Shown here: piece by piece, positions 47,238 through 56,029 of the stretch
Layout of the letters: every line of letters begins with the position of its first letter
How positions within the stretch are numbered: position 1 is the first letter of the stretch
From: an uncultured Acidobacteriaceae bacterium
GTDB lineage: Bacteria > Acidobacteriota > Terriglobia > Terriglobales > Acidobacteriaceae
Direction of reading: 5' to 3'
Assembly: GCA_964248025.1 (NCBI GenBank)
Contig: CAXTWU010000001.1
Location: forward strand, 1-56,182
Length of the DNA stretch: 56,182 nucleotides
The notes under the pieces: generated by a model
The model's input: only the letters and a program-made list of their open reading frames with translations
What the model was told of the DNA's origin: nothing
Database searches by the model: none
Program-made: the position numbers and the translations under genes

Positions 47238-48461
47238 TTACCGGGGTACCGGGGCAGGCTTTTTGGGCTGCGCGGGCCGGGCCGTCGCCGGGCCGACGGG
47301 TGGAAGGGCGTATGGGTTCAGCTTGCCGATGCGCCCGTGCGGCCCAACCGCCCACGGCAGGCTCAGGGCGTTCCACTCGCCGCCTTTGGGGGCATCGGCG
47401 GGCGCGTGCTCGAGCGGCTGCCAGGTGCGGCCGTCATCGCGCGAAACGTCTGAACCATTCGGGCCGACGGCGATCCATAGTTTCAGATCCGCGTCCCAGG
47501 CGACGGCGGAGCGATAGCCACCGGGCGGAGTGGCTGATAGCGTCCAATAAAGACCACGGTTAGCACTCCATGCAGCCGTGGCTGTGCGTTCGTCGGGTTT
47601 TGCATAATCTCCACCGACCATGAGCCCCCGTGTTGCGTCTCGAAAGTAGATGGAGAAAGGCCCCCTAGTGCTCCCCTTGATGAAGGGCGCCATGGCCGCT
47701 TCCCATGCCACCCATGGGATACCACAGGATAGCGAGTAAGGGTCCATTGCCCCGGCACACAAAGCCGATTGAAACGCTGCCTGAGTGAGTGGAATCTGGA
47801 GAACTCGCGATTGGTTGGTGGCCAGCCAGAGGGTGCCTGCCTGGACTGCCGCAGACGAGTTGCTTGCAGCGAAGAAGCCCTCGCCGGGGTACGCGTACAG
47901 GTAAGTACCTGGCGTAGGGGGGTACATGGCAGCGGTAACCGGCACCCACGATAGCCCACCATCATGGGTCACGCGGATGCGAAGTGCATAGTAGCCCCCC
48001 TCAACGGGTGCGACATTGGGTTCACTGCGGGTTGCGTCTCCAAGTACCAAGCCATGCTGCCGATCCAGAAAGACGAGTGCATCATAGAAGCCGCCTGGTT
48101 CCGGGTTCGTAAACACCAGCGTCCAGTGCGAACAGCCGTCGGTTGTCCTGTAAAGCCTCGACAGCGCTCCCGGCCCGCTCGACATGGCGATCGCGGTTTG
48201 GTCGTCCCAGGCCCAGATCGCCCGGAAATCCAGCTTTTCCGCGCCGGGTGGGGTGGCGCAGTTCTGCCACTCAAAGCCGGAATCCTGCGAACGCAGCACC
48301 GTTCCATTGGTGCCGGAAGCCCAGACCACCCCACCGCCGACCGCGTGCACACCGCGCAGGTCGGCCGTGGTTTCGCTCGGCTCCAGCGCCCACGGGCTCG
48401 TCTTTTGCGCGTAGAGGCAGGGGGGTAGCAGCAGAAGCAGACCGGCGAGGATAGGTCGCAT
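47238..48461 (-). CDS. exported BNR/Asp-box (Ycf48-like) beta-propeller protein
   Basis: Signal peptide; repeats RSQDSG..W, RTTDGC.HW, THDGG.SW and SRDDGRTW; FAASNS and VGGDY. Confidence 0.8.
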   Translation of the reverse strand: MRPILAGLLLLLPPCLYAQKTSPWALEPSETTADLRGVHAVGGGVVWASGTNGTVLRSQDSGFEWQNCATPPGAEKLDFRAIWAWDDQTAIAMSSGPGALSRLYRTTDGCSHWTLVFTNPEPGGFYDALVFLDRQHGLVLGDATRSEPNVAPVEGGYYALRIRVTHDGGLSWVPVTAAMYPPTPGTYLYAYPGEGFFAASNSSAAVQAGTLWLATNQSRVLQIPLTQAAFQSALCAGAMDPYSLSCGIPWVAWEAAMAPFIKGSTRGPFSIYFRDATRGLMVGGDYAKPDERTATAAWSANRGLYWTLSATPPGGYRSAVAWDADLKLWIAVGPNGSDVSRDDGRTWQPLEHAPADAPKGGEWNALSLPWAVGPHGRIGKLNPYALPPVGPATARPAQPKKPAPVPR

Positions 48462-48510
48462 GGCCCCAGCATACCCGTTTAGCACAGCGGTTCAGAGACC
48501 GTGCGCCGGC

Positions 48511-49197
48511 TCAGATCGGGGGCATGCCGGTCACCACCTGCGTGCCCGGCACCGGCGTCCACACAAACGCGCTGTGCGGCGCGGGGGCGTTTGGCTGCTC
48601 CCCGGCGAGGTCGAACCCATTGCGCGAGCCGTCCAGCTCTTCGATCTCCAGCCGGCGGATCACGCCATCCGGGCTGGCAGTCACAGCCAATCGCGCAACG
48701 CTTCGCTCCAGCCCGCGCGGCGTGCCGGAGAGCGTTTGCTCGCCATTGGCGGCCGGGGCCAGCGTGAGCCCGGTCAACTGCTTTGTGAGATCAGCATGGC
48801 CCAGCAACAGCGCGAGCGGTGAGCGCAGGTCGTCGAGCTGCCTCCCCGGCACCCGCTGCACCTCGCTCTGACCCGGCGTGTAGAAGTAGCCGTCGCGGCC
48901 GTCAAAGACAAACAGCTTGCCAGCCGGCTCCGTGTAGCTCCAGCGCATCCTGCCGCCGTGCAGGCCGCCTTTTAGGAGAAGCAGTGTGCCGCGTTCTACC
49001 CGGTGCAGCCCCATGCCGTCGTAACTTTGCGTGAACTGTACCCGGAGCGAGTGGAGCGCGTTATAGTGCGCGTCAATCCGTTGCGCCAGCGCAGGTGCCG
49101 TGACCGGTACCTGCTGCGCCCCGTCCGGAATCGTCAGCCAAGCCAAAGCGGCCAGGAGGCAGAGTGCACGCTTCCGAGCCTTGTTGCGCGAGCCTAC
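48511..49197 (-). CDS. lolA: outer-membrane lipoprotein carrier LolA; start non-canonical/uncertain (ORF-track TTG 49146 truncates the signal peptide)
   Basis: FTQ, G...L...GRMRWSY.EP.GKLFVFDG and SPLALLLG; in-frame signal-like SRNKARKRALCLLAALAW lies upstream of the TTG. Confidence 0.78.
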   Translation of the reverse strand, partial: VGSRNKARKRALCLLAALAWLTIPDGAQQVPVTAPALAQRIDAHYNALHSLRVQFTQSYDGMGLHRVERGTLLLLKGGLHGGRMRWSYTEPAGKLFVFDGRDGYFYTPGQSEVQRVPGRQLDDLRSPLALLLGHADLTKQLTGLTLAPAANGEQTLSGTPRGLERSVARLAVTASPDGVIRRLEIEELDGSRNGFDLAGEQPNAPAPHSAFVWTPVPGTQVVTGMPPI

Positions 49198-49748
49198 TGG
49201 AGGGTTTGTGTGCAGTTGGACCCGCCCGCCGGATCGGCCTTGACCTCACCCTGCTGATCGATGCAAAAGCCGCGATGGCCGGTCTTGCCCACGGCCTGCG
49301 GTACCGCGATCGCCTCGTAGCCGGTGAACTGGTCCTGGTTGTTGACCGTCACCTTGGTGCAGTTGACAACGGAAAAGGTATACCCGCTTTTTTGCCCGCC
49401 GGCCAAATCGCCTTGCAGCACCTGGGCCTGCGTGGGCGAAGGCGCCCCAGCGCTGGCCGCACCGCCGAGAGCCTGCAGCGAGCACGCGAAGCCCTGCGCT
49501 GGGTAATTGGTCTGGTACTGGATCTCACCTTGGTAGATGGCGCGCAGGCTCTGGATGGCTGAGGTTTCGTTGGCCTGCATCTTCATGCCGGAGAAGTTCG
49601 GGATCGCAATTAACATCAGAATCAGCATGATCGAGATCACAATCAGCAGTTCCATCAGTGTGAAGCCGAACTCCCGGCCGTGCTTCAGATGAGAGCGGCG
49701 CTCCGGCTGGCGGCGAAAAAAGAGCATCATGTACATGCGACTCCGCAA
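49194..49748 (-). CDS. type IV pilin / pseudopilin with N-terminal methylation site; start uncertain
   Basis: G-FTLMELLIVISIMLILMLIAIP, NETSAIQSLR and Cys pairs in the C-terminal part. Confidence 0.9.
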   Translation of the reverse strand: MRSRMYMMLFFRRQPERRSHLKHGREFGFTLMELLIVISIMLILMLIAIPNFSGMKMQANETSAIQSLRAIYQGEIQYQTNYPAQGFACSLQALGGAASAGAPSPTQAQVLQGDLAGGQKSGYTFSVVNCTKVTVNNQDQFTGYEAIAVPQAVGKTGHRGFCIDQQGEVKADPAGGSNCTQTLQ

Positions 49749-50014
49749 AGGCCCCTCTGGGTAGCAGGGTTGCCGCTTAAATCCTACCCGACCGTTCGTC
49801 CGGGTGTCAGCCGAAAGTCACTTTGGGCGGTGCCGGCCTTCCACGTTTGCGCGGCTTCAGTTGTGCCTCATAAAAACTTACAACGTTCACAAAGGCTCTG
49901 GAGCCCTGTTGCTTCCGGGCTCGCATCCCAATGAGTCAAGCCGTTGCATTTCGACCCCGACGCAAGGTCCGGGTTCCCCTCCCTCCGTATCACAGCCCTG
50001 AAAGGCATCCCCGC

Positions 50015-51010
50015 ATGTTTCTGCGCGTAGACAAGCTTCTGATTCCGCTTCAAAAACCCAAAAACCCCGACCCTAACGGCGCTGCCGCCGTGCAGGAGCT
50101 TTTGGGCGGCAAGTTCGGCGAGATGTCGACCCTGAACAACTACCTCCATCAGTCGTTTGCTTTCAAAGAGAAGAAGAAGCTCAAGCCGTTTTACGACCTG
50201 ATTTCCTGTATCACGGCGGAGGAAGTAGGCCACGTCGAGCTGGTTTCGACGGCCATCAACCTGATGCTGGAAGGCAGCGTACCGGAAGGTGAACCAACTT
50301 CGGCGCCACTTGAGGCAGCCAAAAACCTGCGCAATACCCACCACACGATCGTGGGCGGTGGCGGGCATCAGGTGATGGATTCCATGGGTCATTTCTGGAC
50401 CGGGCAGAACGTGTTTTCAAGCGGCAACCTGGTTGCCGACCTGCTCCATAACTTCTTTCTGGAGACCGGGGCGCGCATGCACAAGCATCGCTGCTACCAG
50501 ATGGCGGAGAGCGACGCGGCTCGTGATGTCATCGGTTACCTGATGGTGCGCGGCGGCGTGCACCAGGCCGCTTATGCGCTGGCCCTGCGCAAGATCACCG
50601 GCGTGGAAGTAACGAAGATGCTGCCCACACCGAACATCGACGACGCCAAGATTCCCGAAGCCCGCAAGTGGCAGGAGATCGGCAGCCATCGCAAGATCTA
50701 TACGTTCTCGCCCGAGGATTACAAGGATGTTGCGGGTGTGTGGTCGGGTCCGGCGGACTGGGCGGACGGCGAGGAGCTGGAAGTGATCCAGGGTGCGCCG
50801 GACTACGCCGCCGAGGGCCCGGTGATCGGCGAAGCGCGCTCGCTGTTCTCGCCGGATTACGCGCCGGAGGAGATCTACGAGATCGCCGCTCAGCTAATGG
50901 CCAAGGGCGGTGTCTCACCGCTGCAGCCGGGCGACGGACAACACTCGCGCTACCAGGCGAGTACCACCAACAGTCCGGGTGCCAAGGCCCAGCCGATCGC
51001 GAAAAAGTAA
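50015..51010 (+). CDS. manganese catalase
   Basis: QELLGGKFGEMST, AEEVGHVE, NFFLE and RGGVHQ. Confidence 0.92.
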   Translation: MFLRVDKLLIPLQKPKNPDPNGAAAVQELLGGKFGEMSTLNNYLHQSFAFKEKKKLKPFYDLISCITAEEVGHVELVSTAINLMLEGSVPEGEPTSAPLEAAKNLRNTHHTIVGGGGHQVMDSMGHFWTGQNVFSSGNLVADLLHNFFLETGARMHKHRCYQMAESDAARDVIGYLMVRGGVHQAAYALALRKITGVEVTKMLPTPNIDDAKIPEARKWQEIGSHRKIYTFSPEDYKDVAGVWSGPADWADGEELEVIQGAPDYAAEGPVIGEARSLFSPDYAPEEIYEIAAQLMAKGGVSPLQPGDGQHSRYQASTTNSPGAKAQPIAKK

Positions 51011-51023
51011 GTTTCCATTCACT

Positions 51024-51062
51024 AGAAAGGGCGCTCCTTTGCAGGAACGCCCTTTCTGTTTT
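51024..51062 (+). terminator. rho-independent terminator between convergent genes
   Basis: Stem AGAAAGGGCG...CGCCCTTTCT followed by GTTTT. Confidence 0.75.
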
Positions 51063-51076
51063 CCGGAAGAACAGAC

Positions 51077-52390
51077 TCAGCAAGCCAGGTGTTCGCGCTC
51101 CACCTTGACTCCACCGAGCCGTCCCAGCATGGTCAGCGCGATCCGTTCAGGGTCAAACAAGGACTGCGCCATGGCTTGCAGGTCTTCCACCCTGACCGCT
51201 TCCACGTGCTCCAGAATCTCATTCGGCCCAAAAAAATGGTCGAAGTACATCTGCTGCCGCGCCAGGTTCGACATGCGCGAGCCCGAGCTTTCAAGCGACA
51301 GCAGGAGGTTGCCCTTGAGCTGGTCTTTGGCGCGACGAAGTTCGTCGGCCTCGACCGGCGACTCCTTCAGGCGTCGAAACTCCTGCATGACGAGCCGGAT
51401 CAGCTCCGTCGCCTTGTCGGCCGAGGTGCCGGCAAAGACGCACAGCGAACCCGTGTCGCGGTAGGGGCTCAGGTCGGAGTAGATGGAGTAGGCGAGGCCG
51501 TGCTCTTCACGCACGGTCTGGAACAGGCGCGAGCTCATGCCGCCGCCCAGGATCGTATTGAGCAGCAGCGAAACGTAGCGCGACTCATCGGCCAGCGGGC
51601 GCGCCGGGACGCCCAGGCAGAGCTGCACCTGCTCGAGAGACTTTTTATTGCGCAGGATGATTTTGGCGGCTGTTTTGGGCGGGGCTTCGAAGGAGAGCGA
51701 CTCGCCCGCGGGCAGGGCGGCAAAGCGTCCAGACACCATGGCGACAAAGCGGTCATGGTCGAGGTGCCCGGCGGCGGAGAATACGATGTTGCCGCCGCGA
51801 AAGCGTGAACCGTAGAAGTCCAGCAGGGTCGATCGCTCAAACGCGCCCACTGTTTTTTCAGTCCCCAGGATGGGCTTGCCCAGCGCATGACCCTGCCAGA
51901 AGTTCTGCGTCCAGATCTCGTGGACCAAGTAGTCGGGGTTGTCCTCGTCCATCTTGATCTCTTCGAGCACGACGCCGCGTTCGCGCCGGATCTCCTCCTC
52001 GGCGAAGGTCGGGTGCAGCACCAGGTCCGACAGGATGTCGAGCGCCTTGGGGGTGTGCTCATCCAGGACCTTCATGTTGAAGCACACGGTCTCCTTGCCG
52101 GTAAACGCGTCCAGGTTGCCGCCGATGGCGTCCACCTCGCGCGCGATCTGCTGGGCCGATCGGTGCGCCGTGCCCTTAAACACCATATGCTCGGCAAAGT
52201 GCGAAATGCCGTTGACCTCCGGCGCTTCGTGCCGCGAGCCGGAGCGCACCCAGGCGCCCATGGCGACCGATCGCAGGTGGGGCATCTCCTCTGTCAGGAC
52301 AATCATGCCACTGGGCAGCGTGGTGCGACGGATATTGCGGTCCGGCGCTTTGTAGAGTATCGCTTCCTGAAATGTCTGCGTTTCTGTCAT
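51077..52390 (-). CDS. M16 (pitrilysin) family zinc peptidase
   Basis: GSRHE, inverted zinc motif HFAEH, GGNLDAFT, ERGVVLEE, GGGMSSRLFQ and GLAYS. Confidence 0.93.
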   Translation of the reverse strand: MTETQTFQEAILYKAPDRNIRRTTLPSGMIVLTEEMPHLRSVAMGAWVRSGSRHEAPEVNGISHFAEHMVFKGTAHRSAQQIAREVDAIGGNLDAFTGKETVCFNMKVLDEHTPKALDILSDLVLHPTFAEEEIRRERGVVLEEIKMDEDNPDYLVHEIWTQNFWQGHALGKPILGTEKTVGAFERSTLLDFYGSRFRGGNIVFSAAGHLDHDRFVAMVSGRFAALPAGESLSFEAPPKTAAKIILRNKKSLEQVQLCLGVPARPLADESRYVSLLLNTILGGGMSSRLFQTVREEHGLAYSIYSDLSPYRDTGSLCVFAGTSADKATELIRLVMQEFRRLKESPVEADELRRAKDQLKGNLLLSLESSGSRMSNLARQQMYFDHFFGPNEILEHVEAVRVEDLQAMAQSLFDPERIALTMLGRLGGVKVEREHLAC

Positions 52391-52432
52391 GCCGTCCTGT
52401 CGCCGCCGCGGTATCCTGAGTGGTATCCACTT

Positions 52433-53623
52433 ATGTCCACACTGTCTTCCAGCGGGGTTCTGCCGATCGTTCTTCCCATTGTAGAGGGCCAGCCGCGACC
52501 GGCGCCTCCGGCGGCTGAGACGCCGCTTTTCGGGCTGGATAGCCCTGCGCTGACGGAGTTGGCAGCGAAGCTCGGAGAAAAAACCTTTCGTGCCCGCCAG
52601 CTGGAGCAGGCGCTGTATCGCGACTGGGCCGGCTCGCTCGATGAAATCTCCACCTTGCCGAAAGCTTTGCGGGACGGCCTCCGCGAAGCGGGCTACTCTG
52701 TCGGCTTGCCCGAGATTACGGAAACTTTTCGCTCGGTCGATGGTACGGAGCGCTACCTGATCGCCGGGCTCGACGGCCAAACCGTGGAGACGGTGTGGAT
52801 GCCGAACGAGGACGGCAATGACGAAGAGGAAGCCGGCGAATCCGGCAACCCCGGCGACCTACGCGGCAGAAACGCTCCCCAGCGCAGGGCGACGATCTGC
52901 GTTTCTTCCCAGATCGGCTGCGCGGTCAACTGCCGGTTCTGCCTGACCGCGCAGATGGGTATTGTGCGCAATCTCACGCCGGGCGAGATCGCCGGACAGG
53001 TGGTCGCGGTATTGAAGCGGCAAAGTGTGCACCTGGGCCGCGACCGCATCAACCTGGTGTTTATGGGCATGGGTGAACCGTTTCTCAACTACGACGCCTG
53101 GATTGCCGCAATTCGGTTGCTGAGCGGCCCGGTGGGGCTCCATGCCTCGCGCATGACGGTTTCGACCTCGGGGATCGTGCCGGGCATTCTGCGGTTCGCG
53201 GCTGAGCCGACGCGGCCCCGCCTGGCGATCTCCCTCAATGCTTCCAATGACGGCGTCCGTGCGGAGGTGATGCCGATCACGCGCAAGTGGAATATCGGCG
53301 CGGTGCTCGACGCGGTGCGGGCGGTGCCGCTTGGGCCGCGCGAAAAGGTCACCTTTGAATACGTGCTGCTGGGCGGGATCAACGACCGCCCGGAGCATGC
53401 GGACGAGGTCATCGCGCTGGTTAAATCAGCCGGCTTCCCGGCATACATCAACCTGATCGTTTGGAACCCCGGCCCCGGTACGCCATACGCCCAGCCCGAC
53501 CCTGGCGTGGTTGATACGTTCCAGAAGCGCATCATGGCCGGCGGTGTCGCGGCATTTGTGCGCCGCCCCCGCGGACGCGATATCTACGCGGCCTGCGGCC
53601 AGCTGAAGCGCACAACAAGCTGA
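52433..53623 (+). CDS. rlmN: 23S rRNA/tRNA adenine C2-methyltransferase (radical SAM)
   Basis: CVSSQIGCAVNCRFC, FMGMGEP, STSG, FEYV and AACGQL. Confidence 0.95.
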   Translation: MSTLSSSGVLPIVLPIVEGQPRPAPPAAETPLFGLDSPALTELAAKLGEKTFRARQLEQALYRDWAGSLDEISTLPKALRDGLREAGYSVGLPEITETFRSVDGTERYLIAGLDGQTVETVWMPNEDGNDEEEAGESGNPGDLRGRNAPQRRATICVSSQIGCAVNCRFCLTAQMGIVRNLTPGEIAGQVVAVLKRQSVHLGRDRINLVFMGMGEPFLNYDAWIAAIRLLSGPVGLHASRMTVSTSGIVPGILRFAAEPTRPRLAISLNASNDGVRAEVMPITRKWNIGAVLDAVRAVPLGPREKVTFEYVLLGGINDRPEHADEVIALVKSAGFPAYINLIVWNPGPGTPYAQPDPGVVDTFQKRIMAGGVAAFVRRPRGRDIYAACGQLKRTTS

Positions 53624-53633
53624 CCGGGCGCAA

Positions 53634-54014
53634 CTACCAGACGGCCTGCGGGTAGTGCTTGTGAATCGCTTCGTCGGCGGTGATCAGCGGTGCCGTTCCG
53701 TTGGCTTTGGCATGCGCGACGATGAGGCGATCAAAGGCATCGCGCGTCCAGATCTCGCTTAAAGCCGCGTAGGCCACTTTCGGAAACGGGTAGTCGCAAA
53801 TTTCGACGCCCAACTCAGCCTCAAGCTTGGCTGTCGCTGCCACGGCCGCGACCGGTGCCCTGCGAATCTCGTACAGGTACTCGAGCTCAAGCAGCACGAC
53901 GGGCGAAATCCGCAGGTCATACCGTTCGATTGCCCGCCGTGCCGGCTGGCTCAGCTTCTGGATTTTGGCCTCTACAAGCCATAGCGAAACATGTGTGTCG
54001 AGGTAAGCGATCAG
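53634..54014 (-). CDS. PIN-domain VapC toxin; start CTG 54014 or GTG 54035
   Basis: YLDTH..LW, LLELEYL, RDAFDRLIVAHA and LITAD. Confidence 0.88.
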   Translation of the reverse strand: MIAYLDTHVSLWLVEAKIQKLSQPARRAIERYDLRISPVVLLELEYLYEIRRAPVAAVAATAKLEAELGVEICDYPFPKVAYAALSEIWTRDAFDRLIVAHAKANGTAPLITADEAIHKHYPQAVW

Positions 54015-54265
54015 GAGCCGAGCCTCTTTTCCCACTTCGCTTCCCAGTCAGTCTGCATCTGCTCTTTGTCTTCCTTCCAACCTTTGTCCGACAGATCGGC
54101 AGCAGCCACACCAAGCGGCGTCACCCGGTCAAGCTTGCTCGCAGGCACCTCCGGTTGTAACCGAAACCGTGTTCCCTTGTGTGTCACGATGACCTCCTCC
54201 CCTGATCTCGCCTTTTCCAGCACCTGAAACAGCTCACGACGCAGATTGGTGACGGTGATGTTCAT
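54011..54265 (-). CDS. Phd/YefM-family antitoxin
   Basis: MNITVTNLRRELFQVLE...GEEVIVTHKG; overlaps the PIN gene. Confidence 0.88.
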   Translation of the reverse strand: MNITVTNLRRELFQVLEKARSGEEVIVTHKGTRFRLQPEVPASKLDRVTPLGVAAADLSDKGWKEDKEQMQTDWEAKWEKRLGS

Positions 54266-54271
54266 GGGGCG

Positions 54272-54312
54272 AGCCTATCACAGATGTACACATTTGTATC
54301 CAAGCCTGTACA
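54272..54312 (-). promoter_or_regulatory. toxin-antitoxin promoter/operator
   Basis: -10 TAGGCT (54277-54272); TGTACA palindromes at 54285-54290 and 54307-54312, plus a variant TGTATC at 54295-54300. Confidence 0.6.
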
Positions 54313-54315
54313 GCT

Positions 54316-55398
54316 TCAGGTCGCCGGGACTGATTCAAACCGGGCCGAGTGCCGGCGGCGCACGGCTCGATCTGCCAATGCCAGCCTCAGCACGGTGCGC
54401 GCGACCAGGTCTGCATTGTGTCGCAGCACATCCCCCTCAGCCGCGAACGCGCCCGCGATGCAGCGGATGCCCATGGCCTCGATCCGTCCGATGTCGGCCT
54501 CGATCACCTCGGCTCCTTCGGCGGCGTAGCGTTTGCGAATCGCGGGGGAGACTGGGGCTGTGTTGACCAGCGCATAGTCGAGAAACGGTTCGCGCGCATG
54601 CTCGTACATGCGCTCGATGTGCTGCGACGCGGTCAGATGAAGGCTTTCGTTGCCCTGGGTCATCAGGTTGCAGACGTACACGCGCGTACCGCGCGCACGC
54701 ACCAGCGCTTCCGGAATGCCTGCGACCAGCAGGTTAGTGATGACGCTGGTAAACAGCGATCCGGGCCCAAGGGTGATCAGGTCCGCCGCCGCGATGGCGT
54801 CTAGGGTCTCAGGCAAGGGCGCGGCATGCGCCGGCTCCAGCGCCAGCTCGACGATGCGGGCGCGGCTGCCCGTGATCTCTGTTTCGCCCCGCACCAGCTC
54901 GCCTGTGTCCATGCGCGCCGCAAGCGTGACATTGGCGTTGGTGGAAGGATAGATACGGCCGCGCGTCGCCAGCACCTCGGCAGCCAATTTGATGGCCTGG
55001 GCAAAGTCGCCTGTCATCTCCTGCAGGGCGGCGACAAACAGGTTGCCGAAGGAGTGACCTTCTAGCTCGCCGCCTGAGCGAAAGCGGTGACGGAACAAGC
55101 GCGACAGCAGCTGCTCGTCCTCACTGAGCGCGACCATGCAGTTGCGCAGGTCCCCGGGGGGCAGCATGTTGAAGTCCTTGCGGAGGCGCCCGGAGGAGCC
55201 GCCGTCGTCGGTGACGGTGACCACCGCGGCCAGGTCGCTGATCAGTCCCTCGACCGCAGGGCTCGCCCCCGAAGCGCCGCTTGACGTGGTGAAGTGCTTG
55301 AGCCCTCGTAAAAGCGTGGACAACCCCGTACCGCCGCCGAGCGCGACCACGCGCAGCCCGTTGGTCGCTCCCCACAGCGAGGACGGGGGCACCAGCAA
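54316..55398 (-). CDS. YvcK/GlmR (UPF0052, CofD-related) family protein; start uncertain
   Basis: VALGGGTGLS, VTDDGGSSG, PPGDLRN, GHSFGNL and GPGSLFTS. Confidence 0.9.
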   Translation of the reverse strand: MLVPPSSLWGATNGLRVVALGGGTGLSTLLRGLKHFTTSSGASGASPAVEGLISDLAAVVTVTDDGGSSGRLRKDFNMLPPGDLRNCMVALSEDEQLLSRLFRHRFRSGGELEGHSFGNLFVAALQEMTGDFAQAIKLAAEVLATRGRIYPSTNANVTLAARMDTGELVRGETEITGSRARIVELALEPAHAAPLPETLDAIAAADLITLGPGSLFTSVITNLLVAGIPEALVRARGTRVYVCNLMTQGNESLHLTASQHIERMYEHAREPFLDYALVNTAPVSPAIRKRYAAEGAEVIEADIGRIEAMGIRCIAGAFAAEGDVLRHNADLVARTVLRLALADRAVRRRHSARFESVPAT

Positions 55399-55459
55399 GG
55401 GTCCATGCGCACCCGCCAGGCCGAGAGCAGGGGGCGCACAGGCCGCGACGGTTCTCGGG

Positions 55460-56029
55460 CTAGATCGCTTCCGGATAAAGCAGCTCGGTGAAGCGGGGAT
55501 CATCGGCCATCGGACGAAAATCGACGTCGCTGCGGGCCTGGACACGGCAGTGAGGGTTCAGTTCGATCGCGCGCTCCAGGTGATGGAGGCAGCCCTCGGC
55601 CTGGCCCGTCATGCCGTGGAGCACGGACAACCCGTAGTGAACATAATCGAGCCCGTCGTCCCCGGTCAGGATGGCCTCAAGCTGGTCGCGCGCTTCCTCG
55701 TAATCGCCATTGTTGATGCAGGCGACAGCGTAGTCGTACTGCTCGGACAAAGTCTGGAAATGAAGCTCGCCGCGCTGCTGCTCGATCTGACGCTGGCAGG
55801 CCTGGCGATACACCAGGGCGCGTTCGCGAACCTCAGGCGGTGCGCCATCACCCAGGCCCGCGAAGCCGGCAAGCGCTTCGTCAAACCGGCCAGACTGCAT
55901 GTGCTGGAGCGCGGCACCATAGGCTCCCAGCGCTTCTCGCTGCGCGTTGTTTGCGAATGGATGCACCTTGGCGGCTAGCGTTTTGGGGGAGGTGAGGGTT
56001 TTGGACATGCGGCGGCCTTGTGCCTCCAT
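55460..56029 (-). CDS. tetratricopeptide-repeat protein; start ATG 56029 or 56008
   Basis: Helical TPR-like repeats (YDYAV...N.GDYEEA, YVHYGLS..LERAIELNP) and C-terminal A.SD.DF. Confidence 0.8.
   Translation of the reverse strand: MEAQGRRMSKTLTSPKTLAAKVHPFANNAQREALGAYGAALQHMQSGRFDEALAGFAGLGDGAPPEVRERALVYRQACQRQIEQQRGELHFQTLSEQYDYAVACINNGDYEEARDQLEAILTGDDGLDYVHYGLSVLHGMTGQAEGCLHHLERAIELNPHCRVQARSDVDFRPMADDPRFTELLYPEAI

Noticed and set aside
47238-48461. Diversity-generating retroelement target
   Set aside because: No reverse transcriptase and no template/variable repeat pair was seen.
49710-49776. Resemblance to a c-di-GMP-I riboswitch (GGCGAAA...CGCAAAG...GGTAGCAGGGTTGCCG)
   Set aside because: It lacks the GNRA tetraloop and its receptor, and it overlaps the pilin 5' coding region on the opposite strand. 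An Rfam c-di-GMP-I scan would settle it.
51887-52780. Extended N-termini of rlmN (from 51887) and the M16 peptidase (from 52780) implying a large bidirectional overlap
   Set aside because: Family homology begins at 52433 and 52390 respectively; the extensions are open antisense frames. The same applies to the ORF-track extensions of ribA, gmhB, wza and yvcK.
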